Origin: Guillardia theta CCMP2712
Lineage: Eukaryota; Protista; Cryptophyta
Length of the DNA stretch: 64,000 nt
Direction of reading: 5' to 3'
NCBI RefSeq assembly: GCF_000315625.1
Contig: NW_005434608.1
Span: forward strand, 254,018 to 318,017
In this document: positions 24,042 through 38,561 of the stretch, one piece after another
Layout of the letters: each line of letters starts with the position of its first letter
Numbering within the stretch: position 1 is the stretch's first letter
Made by a program: the position numbers and the translations under genes
The notes under the pieces: model-generated
Told to the model about the DNA's origin: nothing
What the model saw: the letters and a program-made list of their open reading frames with translations, nothing else
Database searches by the model: none

Positions 24042-27000
24042 CCTCATCATCCTCAGCAACACCCTGCCCGTCATTGTGTCGACCTGCATGACATCTGCGT
24101 GCGAGACGGGCTGCTGAGCAAGAAGCTTCCAGAAGAGAGGAGGAAAGTTGAGGTCCAACGGCATCCCCGTCCTGATCGCAATGCCCATCATCCTCCCGAG
24201 AAACTCAAAGAGGGAAAGATTATGCGGAGAGGAGGAGGAGGGAGACGGGAGGAGCTTGTCCTGGTTCGGTAACGTGCCTCCTTCGTGCTTGTTGGGGCAG
24301 GGGATCAGCAGAGGTAGTTTGCCTTCCTCTAGCTCAGCGCATGAGGAGGAAAGGCTCTCCCTGTACGGCCCTCCGTATCCCTCCGCACCCTCCCCCAGGA
24401 AGTGGACGAGGAAGGGCATGTCCTGCCTGCGGAAGAGAGCAGGAGGGAGGAAGGAGATCTGACTATAGAGCTGCTGGAAGACCGTGACGTTGCAGTGGCG
24501 GTCGACCACGACTGTGACCTGCTGTGATTTGTTGCTCAGATGCTGGAAGCACTGTGACATGTGCTGCTTTTTGACGTCGGTGAAGACAAGATCCCGCAGT
24601 CCATAGAGGCTGTGAGCAAGCGACCCGGCAGTACCGACGAGCGACAGGTCGACGAGGGAGAAGATGAAGTCGGCGAGAAGAGAGTTGAAGGTGAGGAGCA
24701 TGGAGGACCGGAACCGGAGCAGCAAGGAGGGTAGGTGCTGTATCTTGGCTCGATCGTCCGCCTTCAGCGCATGCGCCTCGTCGACCGCCTCCTCCGCCCT
24801 GTTGAGCACGTCCCCCATGACGAAGCCAGCGGGAAAGAAGAGGGAGGAAGGGGAGGCGATGGAGCCAAGGTTGTGGACCTCGGGGTTGTGGTTGACGAAG
24901 TTGCCCAGCAGGTCATCTACAAACCTGTCGACGTTGGCGAGGCAGCTGACAAGATTCTCAAGCACATCCCTGTGGTTGCTGAGTATTTCCAGCCGTCCTT
25001 GCTCGGAGTAGTCTGGGAAGACAAGGAAACGATATCCCCAGTTCGATCCCTGCTTGCCGGAGAAGTTGTAGACAAACTTGCTGCCCTCCATGACGAGGAA
25101 AGATTTGCCCTTGCAAGCTTGCTGGAACTTGGTACCGCTCAACTTGTGCACTCTCGACGAAGACGACGAGGACGAGGACGAGGACGAGCCGGGAGAAGAC
25201 GCAGAGGAAGCAGAGTCGCAGTGCAGTCTTGCGTGCTCGTCCTCCTGGAACTTCTTGTGGAAGGTCAGAAAGTCGTCAGAGTCTGTAGCACATCGCCTGT
25301 CAAAGATTATCTTCAGCCGAGCCGCTCCAGGGAACTCGACCACCCCCTCCTCCCAAGTCCCTCTCTGATACGGGTGTTGCTTGCTCTCCTTGATGCAGAA
25401 GGGAGTGACAAGGTTGATGAAGCTCTCGCACAGGAAAGAATGTGACAGCGAAGGCAAACCGTGCTTGTCCGACAGCGAGCTCAGCGCTGAGGAGAAGATG
25501 AGCACCTGCTCGGCAGCCTCCATGCTGCACACAGACGTCGCCGAGATCTCTACTCGCTGCCTTGCTGTGCTACTCAGTTCGCAGAACCTCGCAAGCTCCT
25601 CCGTCTCCTCTTGCCCGAACCCAGCAACGGCACAGTCTCCCTCCTCCCCCCCCTCCACTCGCGCCTGCTCCCCTCGCTCCCGCGAGCTCCATGTCAGGTG
25701 GTTGTGCAGGAGCTTGTTCGGGATGTCAGTGGGGACGAAGCGCAGGCACGTGAACATAGTCTCCATCAGAGTCCTCAGAAGGATCGACACGTCGCTGGGG
25801 CTCTCGACTTCATGGAGAATGCGATACCTCAGCTCCTCGGCGGAAAGATCCAGCAGGTGTGTTGTCATGATGACCAGGCTGTCCTCGTTGCTGTGCTGGA
25901 CGACCGGGTGGAAGGGGAGGAGGCGGAGGATGCTGTTGATGGCTCTCATAGCCTCTACCCGCACGGAGGTAGAGCTGCGAAAGTTGGAGGACAAGCTCAT
26001 CAGCTCCTCGACCAGGTCCACGAGCTCCTGAGAGGGAGCGGAGGGAGGAGGTGAGAGGAGCAATGTAGAAGTCATCCGGAGCACACAGACTGCTGGTAGG
26101 GATGATGGGGATACGAGCATCTTGTACCCCCAGACGCTCTCTTCGCTCTTCCCCACTACCTTGAACCAGAGGCAGTTGCCGGAGATGTCGATGGGGGAGA
26201 AGGAGTTGTAGCCCTTGCCGCTGATGGAGGCTACCAGATCACTGCAGTCTGCATCTCGAAAGATGAGTAGCTTCTGCCTTGCGCCGAGTTGACTTCTCTT
26301 GTCGAACACGACGCTGATCTGATAGTTAGAACGCACAGAGTGAGTTCAGGTGATAGCAACAGTTGTACATGTTACCCTGGAGCAACTGGCAATGTCGATG
26401 GAAACACGCCTTGACTTGCCGTCAACAGCCCCATGGAAGGGATGTGATGATTCTGCTACCTTGACTGCAGCTGAAACATCAGTCGCTCCAGTTGTTGTTG
26501 CAGCAAACTCACCGTATTGCTCGTGATGCTTGTTGACTTGTGCGATCTCTGCCGTCAGCAGCGCAGCAACCATGTTGCGAGATCCAAGATCCGCTCCTCC
26601 CTCCTCTCCTTGACAACGTTGACTTGTGCTGCTGACTTTGTGATTCATCTGCATCATAGCTTGCAGAGCGCGGACAGGGGAAACTAGCGTGGTCGATGGA
26701 TCTTTTGTGGAGTTGACATGTTTGCCGATGATGTTCAAACACTTGCCGGTTGTCTCTTGTGTGAAACTGACATCTGAATGGTAGGTGGAGAGCAAGGGTA
26801 GACTGCAGATCACACAATCTCGCAATGTCGTCATGTACATCTCACTCCTGATCTTGCAGAGACATCGCACGAGCTCATTACCCTGCAGTCTCATGGCAAG
26901 GCAGAAAGTGTGGAGAAGGAACTTGTTGGGGCGAGCGAGGCTGGCAACAGGGACCTGAAGGATCTGTGGAGTGTTGTGGTAGCATCCGAGGAGGTCGAAG

Positions 27001-27599
27001 CAGACTGACGCTGTCTGCGAGTCTTTGTGGATCGCTACCACCAGCCCGCAACTGCCCCTCCTTGCGTTACCCAGCATCTTGAGATCCTCTGCGCTTCTGA
27101 GGTCCCGTTGGTACTCGTAGATGCTGCCGAGTTTGATCTCCACACAGTCAGTGCTGTGCTCGTAGCTATCGGGCTCGAAGCATTCCTGCCGGGGGAGGAA
27201 GTACCTGCAGCAGAAGTCTCCCTCCAGCTCTTCTTCCTCGGCCTCGTGCCCTTGCTCGGACGAGGAGCAGGATGCTGCTGTGGCATCCACGTCCATCACT
27301 TGGGGGTTGTCGATCACGTACTGAGCGGAGGAGTCGAGGAGCCAGGCGGCTGCTAGTTGGGCGTCGTCCCGGTTGAGCTGTAGAGCAACCAGGCAGAGCT
27401 GGTGGGGGTAGCCCAAGGCCGCCAGGTCATTGGCCATGGCAGAACGCTGACCTTGTCTGAGGTCCTGATCTTCGTTGGGGGGAGAGGGAGGAGGGGCAGG
27501 GGGAAGAGTTTCTTCAAGGTTGTTGTATGCAAGTTGAGGAAACATGATGCTGTTGCTGTTGCTGATGTTGATGTTGATGTTGTTGTTGTTGTTGTCGTC

Positions 27600-27634
<35 letters not shown>

Positions 27635-30600
27635 TGTTGCTGTTGGTTTGAAACAGGTGATACATGTACAACTTTTCCATTATTGTTCCTTCGAGATGAC
27701 GGCACTGATTCCATTCCGATGTTGTCAAAGAACAAGGGCTTTCAGGATCTGCCGCGTCGTCTACAAGATCTCTCCAAAACACCACGAGCTCTGAGACATC
27801 AAAAATGTTCTTTGTGCTGCAATCAGCTAGCAGATTGTGAATGGACTTGATTGCAAACAACGACATCTGCCATATGATTGCTCTCCTTTCCTCAACATCT
27901 GTGCTGCCAGCTATCAACATTTCATCATGATCTTTCTCATGCTTTTCTTCATTGTCATTGTTGCCTTGTGTTTCAAATCGACACTTGTACTTCCGTCTTA
28001 TGCTGCTGAGCTCATTTAAGGCCGCAATCAGGTGTGGGAGGATGTCGTGAGAGGGAGGAGGAGGAGCAACGTTGTCAACAACCTCAAGCTTGTCAATGTG
28101 GACAAGATTTCTGTCTGTGGACTTGGGATCATCTATCAGCTCGACGTGGCAAGAGTCGAAGAGAAAGTTTGAGACGACGACTTCTTGTCTTTGATTGTTG
28201 TGATTGTTGTGATTGTTGCTGTCTGTGCAAGATGATGGTCTTTCTGCATGACGATGTCTAACTTTTGACCCAACACGGAAGAAATCAACCTGTCCTCCAA
28301 AGATAGCAAGAGAGGACATGGCAGAATGAGGAGAAAGGAAGAACTGCTCCTCGTCTTTTAGGCTTGCAAGACTTTTGATGATTGCCTCTGACGTCACGTC
28401 TCGCCATGTCGTCTTCCTCAACAAGGCTCTGAGAAGGAACACACACTCTGCTGCAACAGACCAGTGAAGTACTTCATCTCGCTCGTCGAGGATTGTCTTG
28501 TCTGCCAGACTGAACTTCTTGCACGAGTGTGAGAAGAGAGAAACTCCAGAAATGCTCAACAGCCGATTGATTGTCATCTCCATCACTGCTGATGAGCATG
28601 ACAGGAATGGCAGAACCTTTTGCAGCATTTGCATGACGCTCACTCTCACTCTTGTATCCCCGAACTTGAGAAACTGGAAGAAAATCTCCACTGATTCCCA
28701 AGAAGACAACAAGCACATCAGTTGCCGATCATAACAAGTCTTCTCGATGAAGTTCGTCCATTCCAGCATCTCTGACCTGAGATCACTGACATAGTTCGTC
28801 ATCGAGTTACAAACATTCTGACGAAGATGTTGGACTCCTCCCATCTTGACGCAAATGTCTCTCATACGTCTCCAAACGCTATCATAACACCTGGACATAC
28901 ATTCATTTTCTTCTGCATGGACATTGCAGAGAGCAAAAGAGGAGACAAGACGCAGGACGGTCTGAGCTGAAAGTGAAAGTTGTAACGGAGGAAGACAAAT
29001 CCAGTCAGGTTCCAGTTCCATGTCCTCGACATGATCAGTGGATGTTGGCTGCCAAGGAGTTGTCACAGCAGTACTTGTGGAAGATGTGGATGTTGTGGTT
29101 GCTGAAGTAGAAGTAGAAGTAGACGTTGATGTTCTTGTTGTTGTTGTTGATGATGATGATGATGATGAGAGGAGTTTGATTCCTCTGATCCTGCTGTTAC
29201 ATCCAGTGTCCTGGTTCTCATGCACCACAATCCTCAAAAGACAAGTCTCAATGGCGTGTGTGGTAGAAGACAAGATATTGACCCATGCTCCTGGGCCTTG
29301 TCTGTGATGATACTTGGCGACTTGATACAGATCACTATCGCTGCTGCCGATCTTGACGGAGATGCTCTTGGGAGTGAAAGAACGGTCTTTCAGGTAATCG
29401 AGGAAGACAAGTACCTTGTTGATCTTGACGATGCCAGGGAATGCAAACTGAACCCAATGGGGTCGGGAGCCGTCTGACTGCCAGAAACTTTCCATATCAC
29501 TGTCGACAAGATTTCTTGCGAGCAGGCTGGCAGAGGAGACGGTGATGTGAGAACGTAGAGTTACATCTCTGCTCAGGTGCACGATCGGATCTCCCAGCCA
29601 GCCCACGTGCTTTCTCACGCAGCTCCACAAAACCCTCACCATCTTATCGTTGTGCTCGAGGACATTCAGGTCAACATGAGCAAACTTATCTTCAGACTTG
29701 AGAAGTGTTCCCTGGAACCAGTAACCATGCACCTCCCACATGTTCTCACAACTCAGATTCTCCTCCTCCACGCTCCTGTCTGCTGTTATGAACACGTCCA
29801 CCTCCTTGCCAACAATTCGCCCGCAAGCGACTTGTTCATATCGCCTGATAGATTTCTTTGCCACCTTGAAGGTCCTTGTTGTCTTGGTCAACTTCTCAAC
29901 CCTCACATTCTCATCATCGATCTCTCCAACAACTCGAACGGGAAAGAAGAAAATTCCATTCATCTTCAATTCCTCACATTCTCCAACCATTCGGACCTCA
30001 AAGATTCCTTCATAACAATCTGACTGGGCCGCGACCTTCTCTGTTCGCATTTCTCTCTCAAACACACTCTCGCACACCTTCCGAACGTTCTCAACATTGT
30101 CTCGCAACAGCTTCTGCCCTGGTTTCTCACTCATGTTGAGCATCGTTGAGACAAGACTGAAGAAAGATTGTACAAGCTCTTCGCACTTCAAGTCTGCTTT
30201 CAAAATCCTCGTTGACAAATCCAGCAACAGCAAGAACATCGTCTCAACAATGCTCTCGTACTTCTCAGTCTTGCACACTGCCAACGATTGCAAACTCCCT
30301 GAGCTGAGCGAAGATGTCAAGGTACGAATTACATCTGTGAAAACATCAAGATCCAGGTATGGTTGTTGCAGGATGTGCCTGAAGATGCCTGTAGCATGTA
30401 AGGTCTTGTCAACAACCTCATTCATTGCAATAATGCTGCGGAAAAACTCCGACGAGTCATGATCTTGTTTCATGAAGTCGACAACATCATCGACGAACTT
30501 TGACTTGTCCATGTTAGACGTCGGTTGCAGGAGGCAAAGGAGCTCAATGACTCTACATCTCATCGTCGTCATGATCCGCATGTAAGACAAGTTCGACTGT

Positions 30601-33600
30601 GTCTGCGAGCTGACGGAGTTGTCAAGGTTGAGAAGACTCATTTTGATCTCCTGGTGTTTGTGCAGAAAGAAAGCTCTCAATTTCATCTTTGCAGCTTGCA
30701 GCAACTGCATGTGAGTTTGTTGTACATCTTCAAGTGAGTTCTGCAGTAGAGAAATGACGGTGCTTGCAAACAGCTCGTCGATCAGAGTTACAAACTGCTG
30801 CCGCAAACGCACTTGTTCCTCCATGTTCCCCTCGCTGTCTTTCTGCATCATAGTTGCAAAATGCAAAGAGTCTTCAAGGACTTGTCTTGTGCCTGAAAAC
30901 ATTCTCGCAATGATTTCCGAGCAACGATCCTGCGTCTCTCGGATGCTGCTGATGCTCTTCAGCTCCCTCAGAATATCATGGTAAGTTTTCCTCACTCCAT
31001 GCTCAAAAACTCGGTGAGACAAACATGTAGAGACGCTCTCGACATCCCGGCCTTGACTCATCATCATCGTCTTTGCACATCTTGCAGCCAGCTGCATCTT
31101 CATGCTCGAGATGATATGAACGGAAGAACGTGTCTTAGTGTGATGTCCAACAACTAGACATCGGAACCCCCACCTGTCACTTGCTATCTGCTCCGACGTC
31201 TCAAATGCAACTTTGCAAGAGCAGCCAGGAATGAAGATTGACATCTTGTGGTTCCGAACAGAGATGGTGTTGTCTTTTGTGAGAGAAGACTTCGATAGTT
31301 TGTGGGAGAAGGAAAAGGTCGTTGAGAGACTCTCTGCAAGAACCTGTTCATCGTGCAACAGTCAACTCATGCTGAGATAGTTTCATGATGACAGTCTGTT
31401 CAGACCTTGAGTTCATCGGAGGGAGAGAGATCAGTTCTCGGATCGATCTCAACAGTCAGAAAGTCTGCTTCGGGGATGTTGACCTAGAGGCGATGGATGG
31501 TTAGAAGTGCTCACGGGGAAAACTATGATGCATAGCAATGAGATGAGATGAGATGAGATGAGATGAGATGAGATGAGATGAGATGAGATGAGATGAGATG
31601 AGATGAGATGAGATGAGATGAGATGAGATGAGATGAGATGAGACGAGATGAGATGATCAGCACAAACAAGTCAAAGGGGCAAAGCAAAAGCAGTAGACAA
31701 CACAAACAACAAGTAGCACGCACATAAGTTCACACACAAACATCATCATCATCAAGACAAGCAAACATGTCGTACATTATAGTTCTCCCTCTCGCAAGCC
31801 CGATAAGGATGTGGAGACTCGATGATCACTGAACTTCTCCTCCTCTCCTCGCTTTCATCCTTCATCGTCGACCACCTCGTCTCCTCCCCCTCCTCCTCCG
31901 CTAACCTCATTCTCATCAAGACAGGAAGCAGCGCTTGCGCGAACATCTCAGACTGGACGAACAAGAACCCTAAGGAGAGAGTTCCTGGGACCACCAGAGC
32001 GAACATCGCATCGTCCTCCAACGCCAGCCTCAGGTCCTCCTTCGACAGCCTCTCCTTCAGCGTTGCTGACCACTCATCCGCGCTCTCCATGATCCTGAGG
32101 ATGGTGGGCAGGAGGCAGCCATGCAGGAGCATGCGGCAGCTGGTCAGGTCCTCGTTGTCGAGGACGTAGCTCGTCACCTCCCGGACCAGGCTGAGGATAG
32201 CTTTAGCCATGAGCTCGTGGTCGAAACCCTCCATTCTCCTGATAGGATTCATCGTCAATACCATCAGCCCGGTCATCTTGCAGAAGCTGGAACAAGATGT
32301 ATCGACGCGCTGCTGCTGATGCTGCTCCTCCTCCTCCTCCTCCTCCTGCCGCTCCTGCTGCTCCTGCCACTCCTCTTCCTCGTCACCGCTGGTTTGAGAC
32401 TTTGGGATCAAAAATCGAGTGAAGGTGACGTCTTGGGCTGCTGCTCTGAGAAGCGCGTGAAGGAGGAGACGGTCGCCTGCTCCGAGGGTTTCTCCCGAGA
32501 GAAGACGAGAGAGAAGCTCGTGGAGGAGACGAACCTGAATAGAGAGAGTAAGGAAGAGGAGAGGAGAGGAGAGGAGAGGAGAGGAGAGGAGAGGAGAGGA
32601 GAGGAGAGGAGAGGAGTGGAGAGGAGGGGAGAGGAGGGGCGAAGCAGGGCAGGGCAGGGCAGGGCAGTGCAGGGGAACTGACGGCAAAGAGACTAGAAGA
32701 GAGGATAGGAGCTCGGCGAAGGAAGAAGACAAGAGGAAAGTGGCCATAGCAAGCTTTTCACCTGCTTCTCCCCCCCGGGCGAGATGATTCCATACCCATC
32801 GATAATGATGCGACAGCACTCGTGGTGAATGGGCGTGTGCTGCAATGAGGCAACCCCGATCAGATCCCTGACGAGAGGAAGCAGGTCGATCAGGACAAGC
32901 TTGCAAGCGTCGATTTCACTGCCCGCCTGTGATGCTGCGGTCAGAAGGGAAATGGCAAGAGGAGAGATGGACAACAACCTTACTTGTTGACGGGTTTGAT
33001 GCTTCCTCTGCATCCCCTCCACTTCCCAGCTGCTGCTCAGCTCCTGCTGAAGAGATCATGCTCTTGAGCTCAACCAGGTTGAAGTAGAGGATCCTGAGAG
33101 TGAACGTAATGAGCGTCTCAACCGCCGCGTCATATCGCTGGTTGTCAAAGTTCGACAGGATGTTCTTGACTCCCGTGAACGTCTCCCTGCAAACTTCGAT
33201 GCACCAGGGGAACCAGGAAAAGTTTCCGACGTCGTGAGGAAAGACGATCCTGTCCTTGACCTCTTCCTTCTTGAACAGACCCTCGAAGAAGGACCCGTCT
33301 CCCCTATGCGCTCGCACCCACGACGTACACATGAGCTCGACGTGCGCCAGGAGGATAAGGACTGAGAGCGGCGCTGACCGAGAGCGGCGTGCTGAAGAGA
33401 GGAAGTGCTCGGGCAGGGTCAGGAAGGCGACGGCGTCGCAGGGGTAGTGGTAGCTGGAGTCGTCCTGAGCTGAGAAACAGGTTTGACACCCTTCGACGTT
33501 TGCAAGGAGGTTGAGGGTGATGCAGGCGCTGGACTTGCTGTCCGGTAAGGAGGAAGAGGAGGAAGAGGCTGAGGAGGAAGGGGCGTTGAGACAAGAACGC

Positions 33601-35012
33601 AAGGAAGGAGGAGGAGTGAAGGAAGGAGACGAAGGAGAAGCAGAAGGAGACGAAGGAGAGGCAGAAGGAGGGGGAGGAGAGGCAGAAGGAGGGGGAGGAG
33701 AGGCAGAAGGAGGGGAAGGAGGAATTGGTCCGTCGTCATTGAGCACGCCGGCCGACCATATAACGTTGAGGTTGGAATCGTAGGTGAGGGAGGAGGTAGA
33801 GCTTGCGATAGAGCTGCAGCCGTCGCAGGAGTGAAGTCCGGACTCCATGTCAAAGGTCCTGCACACAAACTTCCTCCTCCCTGCTCTCTCCTTCACATGC
33901 ACGTGTAGCGTCTGCCCGTTGCTGTACAAGAGACATCCTAGGGGGGAGGGCAGTAGATCTCGTTCCGTCAGGGCAGCCTGCGCGCTGTCCCCCGATATCG
34001 CAACCAGGTGATGAAAACCGCAGGCAATCTCCGACAGGTTCTTCTTGGTCATGCTGGGAACGAGCACAGGAACGAGCCGGTCGGTCGAGTCGCCCAGCCC
34101 GAGCTGGCCATGGCAGTTGCAGCCGAAGCTCCACAGCTCTCCGCTCTCAGAGAGGACGCAAGTGAAGTGAGTGCCGCACGAAATCTTCACAACCTTGACG
34201 TTCCGGAGTGTCTCCACCTGCATCGGCGACGAGACGCTGTCGGTGTGACCGAGGCCAAGTTGACCCTGGTGGTTGTAGCCGAAGGTGAACAGCTTGCCGT
34301 CTTCGAGCACAACGCATGTGTGGCTGTACCCGCACGCGATCATGCTGGCTGGCCGCTCTTGGAGCGCTGCGATGAGGGTGGGGACGTTGGTGGACGACCT
34401 GCTCCCGAGACCGAGCTGACCGTTGAGATTCTTGCCGCAGGAGAAGACCATCCCTTCCTCCGTCAGGAAGATCGTGTGGTACTGACCGCATGCGGCAAGG
34501 CGGACGAGATGAGGAGAGGGGAGTTCAACCCTGTGCGGCAGCAGCTGGTTGGGTCTGGTGCCGATGCCTAGCTGCCCGCAGTCGTTGAGTCCGAAGGAGA
34601 AGGCAGAGCCGTCGGAGGAGACGACGACGGAGTGGTGATAGCTGCAAGACGCCGAGAGGACGCGGACGTGCTTGAGGGACTCTACGAGAAGGAGGGAGGG
34701 GGACATCTTGGTAGACCCAAGTCCTAGCTGACCGTGGTTGTTGCACCCACACGAGTAGACTTGTCCTGCTGACGTGACTACCAGCACGTGCTCTGCCCCG
34801 TTGAAGCAGCTGACCTGCACTACCTTGCAGTCGGGCGGTAGCCCCTCCATGAGCTCGATGTCGCTGCTGTACTCCTTGGACCTGTTGGCCGACCCTTGAT
34901 GTGTTTCTCTCGCTAACTGCCCCGTTGAGTTCAACCCGCAGCAGTAGACCTGACAGGATGTCAGACGTGTTTGAAGTATTGTTCTTGTTGATCAATGGAA
35001 TCGTCGTCGTCG

Positions 35013-35057
<45 letters not shown>

Positions 35058-35086
35058 CCATCATCATCATCATCGCCATCATCATC

Positions 35087-35172
<86 letters not shown>

Positions 35173-37236
35173 TTTCATCACCTTGCCCTCTTCCGTCAGG
35201 AAGTACGACGTCTCACTCCCAGCAGCTACCTTCACGATCCGCTTCCTCCTCAGCGACTGAACCAAGGACATTTCGACTTGCTCTCTGAAAGTTGAGTGCC
35301 CTAGCTCGCCCTTCCTGTTCTGCCCACACGCAAACACTCCGCAGTCTCCCTCCCCATGTGTCTCCTCATTCACACAAGACGACAGGGAGGAGGAGGAGGA
35401 GGAGGCAGCGAGTCCGCGCTCGTCGCATGCCTTGTGAGCAGCGGCATCCTGCGACAGCATGTCGTTGTGCAAGCACATGGGGCCGACGAGCCTGATGGTT
35501 CGGAGGATAGAGCCATCTCTTACATCTAACGCTTCTACCACAACGTGACCGGATCTTATCAACCTGTCTTACATGGTAAGAGGAAGTTTGGAGAGCATGC
35601 TAGCACTTTGGAGCAAACTAGTGCACAAAAGTCTAGAATGCCAATCATTAATGCAATAACACCCAGTTTTCTCGACATCCCACTCACTGTTTCACTCTCC
35701 CTGAATGCGTGCTTCTATGTGTTCGTTCTCGTATGGAATTGTATCTCCTTACCTCTTCACGGAGTACAACAAACTCCCGTCTCCAAAGATTGGACCGTAC
35801 TCCACATCAGCAGACTGGAACTTATCTAGAACGCCTGTCTCTTGCAGACTGACTTTGTCAAGGATGAAGATCTTCTTCTTCTCTTCTCTGACGCTGCTGT
35901 GAGATCGGAAGAAAAGCCAACTGCCAGCGCAAGCCAGCCATCCTTTCTCTCCTTTCCTATACGAGCTGCATGATACAACTCCGACATCTTGGCCTTGCGA
36001 TATCCCCTTGGCGATCTTCATCAATCCAACGTTGCAGTGAAGGAATATGAAAGATCCGTCAGAAGCAATCGTCGAGTAGTTCTCAGTGAAATCTGCCTTC
36101 TTTTACAAGACACCGTCAGTTCCAGCTAGACTTCGGCATCCAAACACAAACACACACTCTCTGACACTCACACTGACGCAAAGATCAAAAGCAGAACGGG
36201 TCAAGTGTAGATCACCAGCACACACATCATGTTCGGAAGGATCTCCGGCAACACAGCCATCCCCTCCTCCACTTCAGCAGCTCACCGCAGCGCCGATCCT
36301 CCAAGTTCGCAGGGAGTTGGAAGAGCACAGGGAAGACAGCGGGGTGTGGAACCACCTTCTGAGTACTGTGCATGACTCGTCCTCCTCTTGGACGCTTGTG
36401 CACTCAACAAACCGGCTGACCAACGAGAAGACGTCTAGCTGCAGCTCGCTGCTCCTGATGCCAAGAAGAGCTGACCGCAGGACCCTCGACAAGCTGCCCT
36501 GATGGATTGAGAGATGAAAATGAGCACGTAGCGCCTGCTCCCGCTGCTGCAAGGGGAACCCCTCCCCGCTGGCGATGTCTGCTAGGGTTTCCGCCAACGG
36601 CTCCAGGACCTCCTCGTCCTCTCCCATCAGGCTCAACGGGGGAAGACCATCCAAGATCTCGCAGAGAGAGTCGCACACCTGAGCTAGCAGCTCATGCCTG
36701 TCCCTGGACAAGGACCGGATGGTGAGGAACAACGTCTGGAGACCCAGTTTTACCATCACAGGGAGACTGGACCTCTTGCGGGAGGGGCACGACAGCCTCC
36801 TCCCTCTCTGCTCACACGCGCTGCTGCTGAATCTCGCTGCCTTGTGCAGCTCGTAGAGCTGCAGGGCAACTCTTGCGCTCAGCATCATCGATGAACGAGA
36901 TCCGCCAATCTCACTGCGACTGATGGCGTCCTTTGATATCATTCTGATCCACTCCTCTACGCCCTCAGTGTGCTCTAGAGCATGTCCGAAACACGGTTTG
37001 CATCTTTCGCCCTCCTGCTCCGCCCCCTCTGCTCTTGTGACATGTTCCTGAAGGTGGGCGTACCTGGTAGCAACCAGGCTCTCGTCCGAGCTGATGGATG
37101 TGTAGGAGGTGTTCAGTGCGCTATGTTGGCTCATCTTGACGTTGGCGGGGTCAATGTTCCTTAGCTGTTCGTACATGTGCTTGTATTCCGACGGCATCGT
37201 AGTTGCGATGTTATCACCCTGCTGCCGTCTCGCCAT
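22943..37236 (-). CDS. Giant HERC-like HECT E3 ubiquitin ligase (RCC1 repeats, DOC/APC10, UBA, ESxHPY modules, HECT)
   Basis: RCC1 repeats ~34000-35330; DOC-like FWQSDGSRPHW..HENQDTGCNSRIRG ~29175-29550; UBA-like LAALGYP..AAAWLLD ~27330-27440; HECT GEGAEGYGGPYRE..FLRFVWGRSRLP..LPKADTCFFTLHLPAY|..KLLYAIRNC..DAD; stop at 22943. Confidence 0.9.
23037..23160. repeat. (CATCGT)/(CAT)n tract in last HECT intron
   Basis: Direct reading. Confidence 0.9.
31540..31655. repeat. (GAGAT)n intronic microsatellite
   Basis: Direct reading. Confidence 0.95.
35000..35170. repeat. (CAT)n/(CATCGT)n intronic microsatellite
   Basis: Direct reading; lies between RCC1 exons. Confidence 0.95.
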
Positions 37237-38561
37237 CCCCCACCGGAGCTGAAAAAGCAGAACTTCAGTATTGTACAGGAGGAATCAAGGCAAGAAACAA
37301 GGTTGATGGGGAAGAATGCGAGAGGATTAGAGCATGGAGGGCATGGAAGGAGGGCATGGGGTATGGGGGGTATGGAGTGGAGAAGGAGGAGCTACGATAT
37401 AGGAGCGTGTGAACCAGGGGTGGGGCGGGGAAAGCATGGAGCAGGAGATTGCCTAAAACAATTATTGATAGTATAAATATATAAGCCGGAACTACTTTAT
37501 ACCAGGACTGATGGTACGATTATAAATTATTAAAATAAAAAGTTGCTCCCAGGAGCCTTAAGTGTATTATATGTTGTCGAAAAATATTTGTTTTGAAAAA
37601 CATAAATATTTTAGAATGTGAAATAATATATTTTCGGATCCATTCCTTATTTTGTCGGGGGGATCATTTAGTACCAATGACATACCCTACCCCTTCGTTG
37701 CTGAGCCATACCCCTCTGATTTGATTCAATTCTAGGGTGAAATGTACCCAAGAATTGGGCACATAGTACCACCCTACCCTACATCCTCCACAATAGCTTT
37801 ACTTCAGCATAGTCTTTTTAAAAATGAGACTTTTAGGTATCCCCTCGTCCCCCCGCCTGCAATATGGGCAGTGGAGGGGATGAGGAGACCGGCCCTTGAC
37901 GCCAACAAACCATGGCAAAACCTTGTGGCGGGGAGGAGGGAGGAGAGAGGGGGGGGGAGAGGGTGGAAGGTGGAGGGTGGAAGATGCACAAGCTGTGAAA
38001 GGAGGGAGCATGTCACGGGTAGGAGGGAGCATGGACATGCAGGAAAGGAGCATGGACTGGGAATAACTCCTGAGGCAGGACGGGTTAATGGTGACGAGGG
38101 TGCGATGGAGGAGTGAAGACGTCCAGACAAATGAGCGACAAACAGGATGATTGTGGTCAAACCAGGATGGTGGTTACTTGTGAGAACCAGCGAGCAGGAG
38201 CAATAAGGCTAGGGAGAGGTGGTGAGGACATGAATGCGATAACGACAAAGGATGGTGAGGTGGCATGGCAAGTCCCATGTGAGCATGGAAGGAACATGAG
38301 TTCAACTCAGATGAATGCTAGAGAATGTGTAGAAGAGAGGCGGCAGCTGCTGGTATTGGTTGTGATGGGAAGAGGAGAAGCGGTGAATGAGACGAGAGAG
38401 AGACCGTAGAAAGCGAGTCCGATTTTCTTGAGCATGTGGTGGGGAGTTACTCTCAATCCTAGCTCAGTTGTCTACCATCAGTCTGAATGATTGTATTCCT
38501 CATCTTACAGGAATGAGATTCTTCGCAATGTCAAGGAGCTTGTGATCAAGGTTCAGCAGGA

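Noticed and set aside
34525-35562. Poly-Met tract in the E3 ligase
   Set aside because: Lies in an intron between RCC1 exons; the frame changes across it
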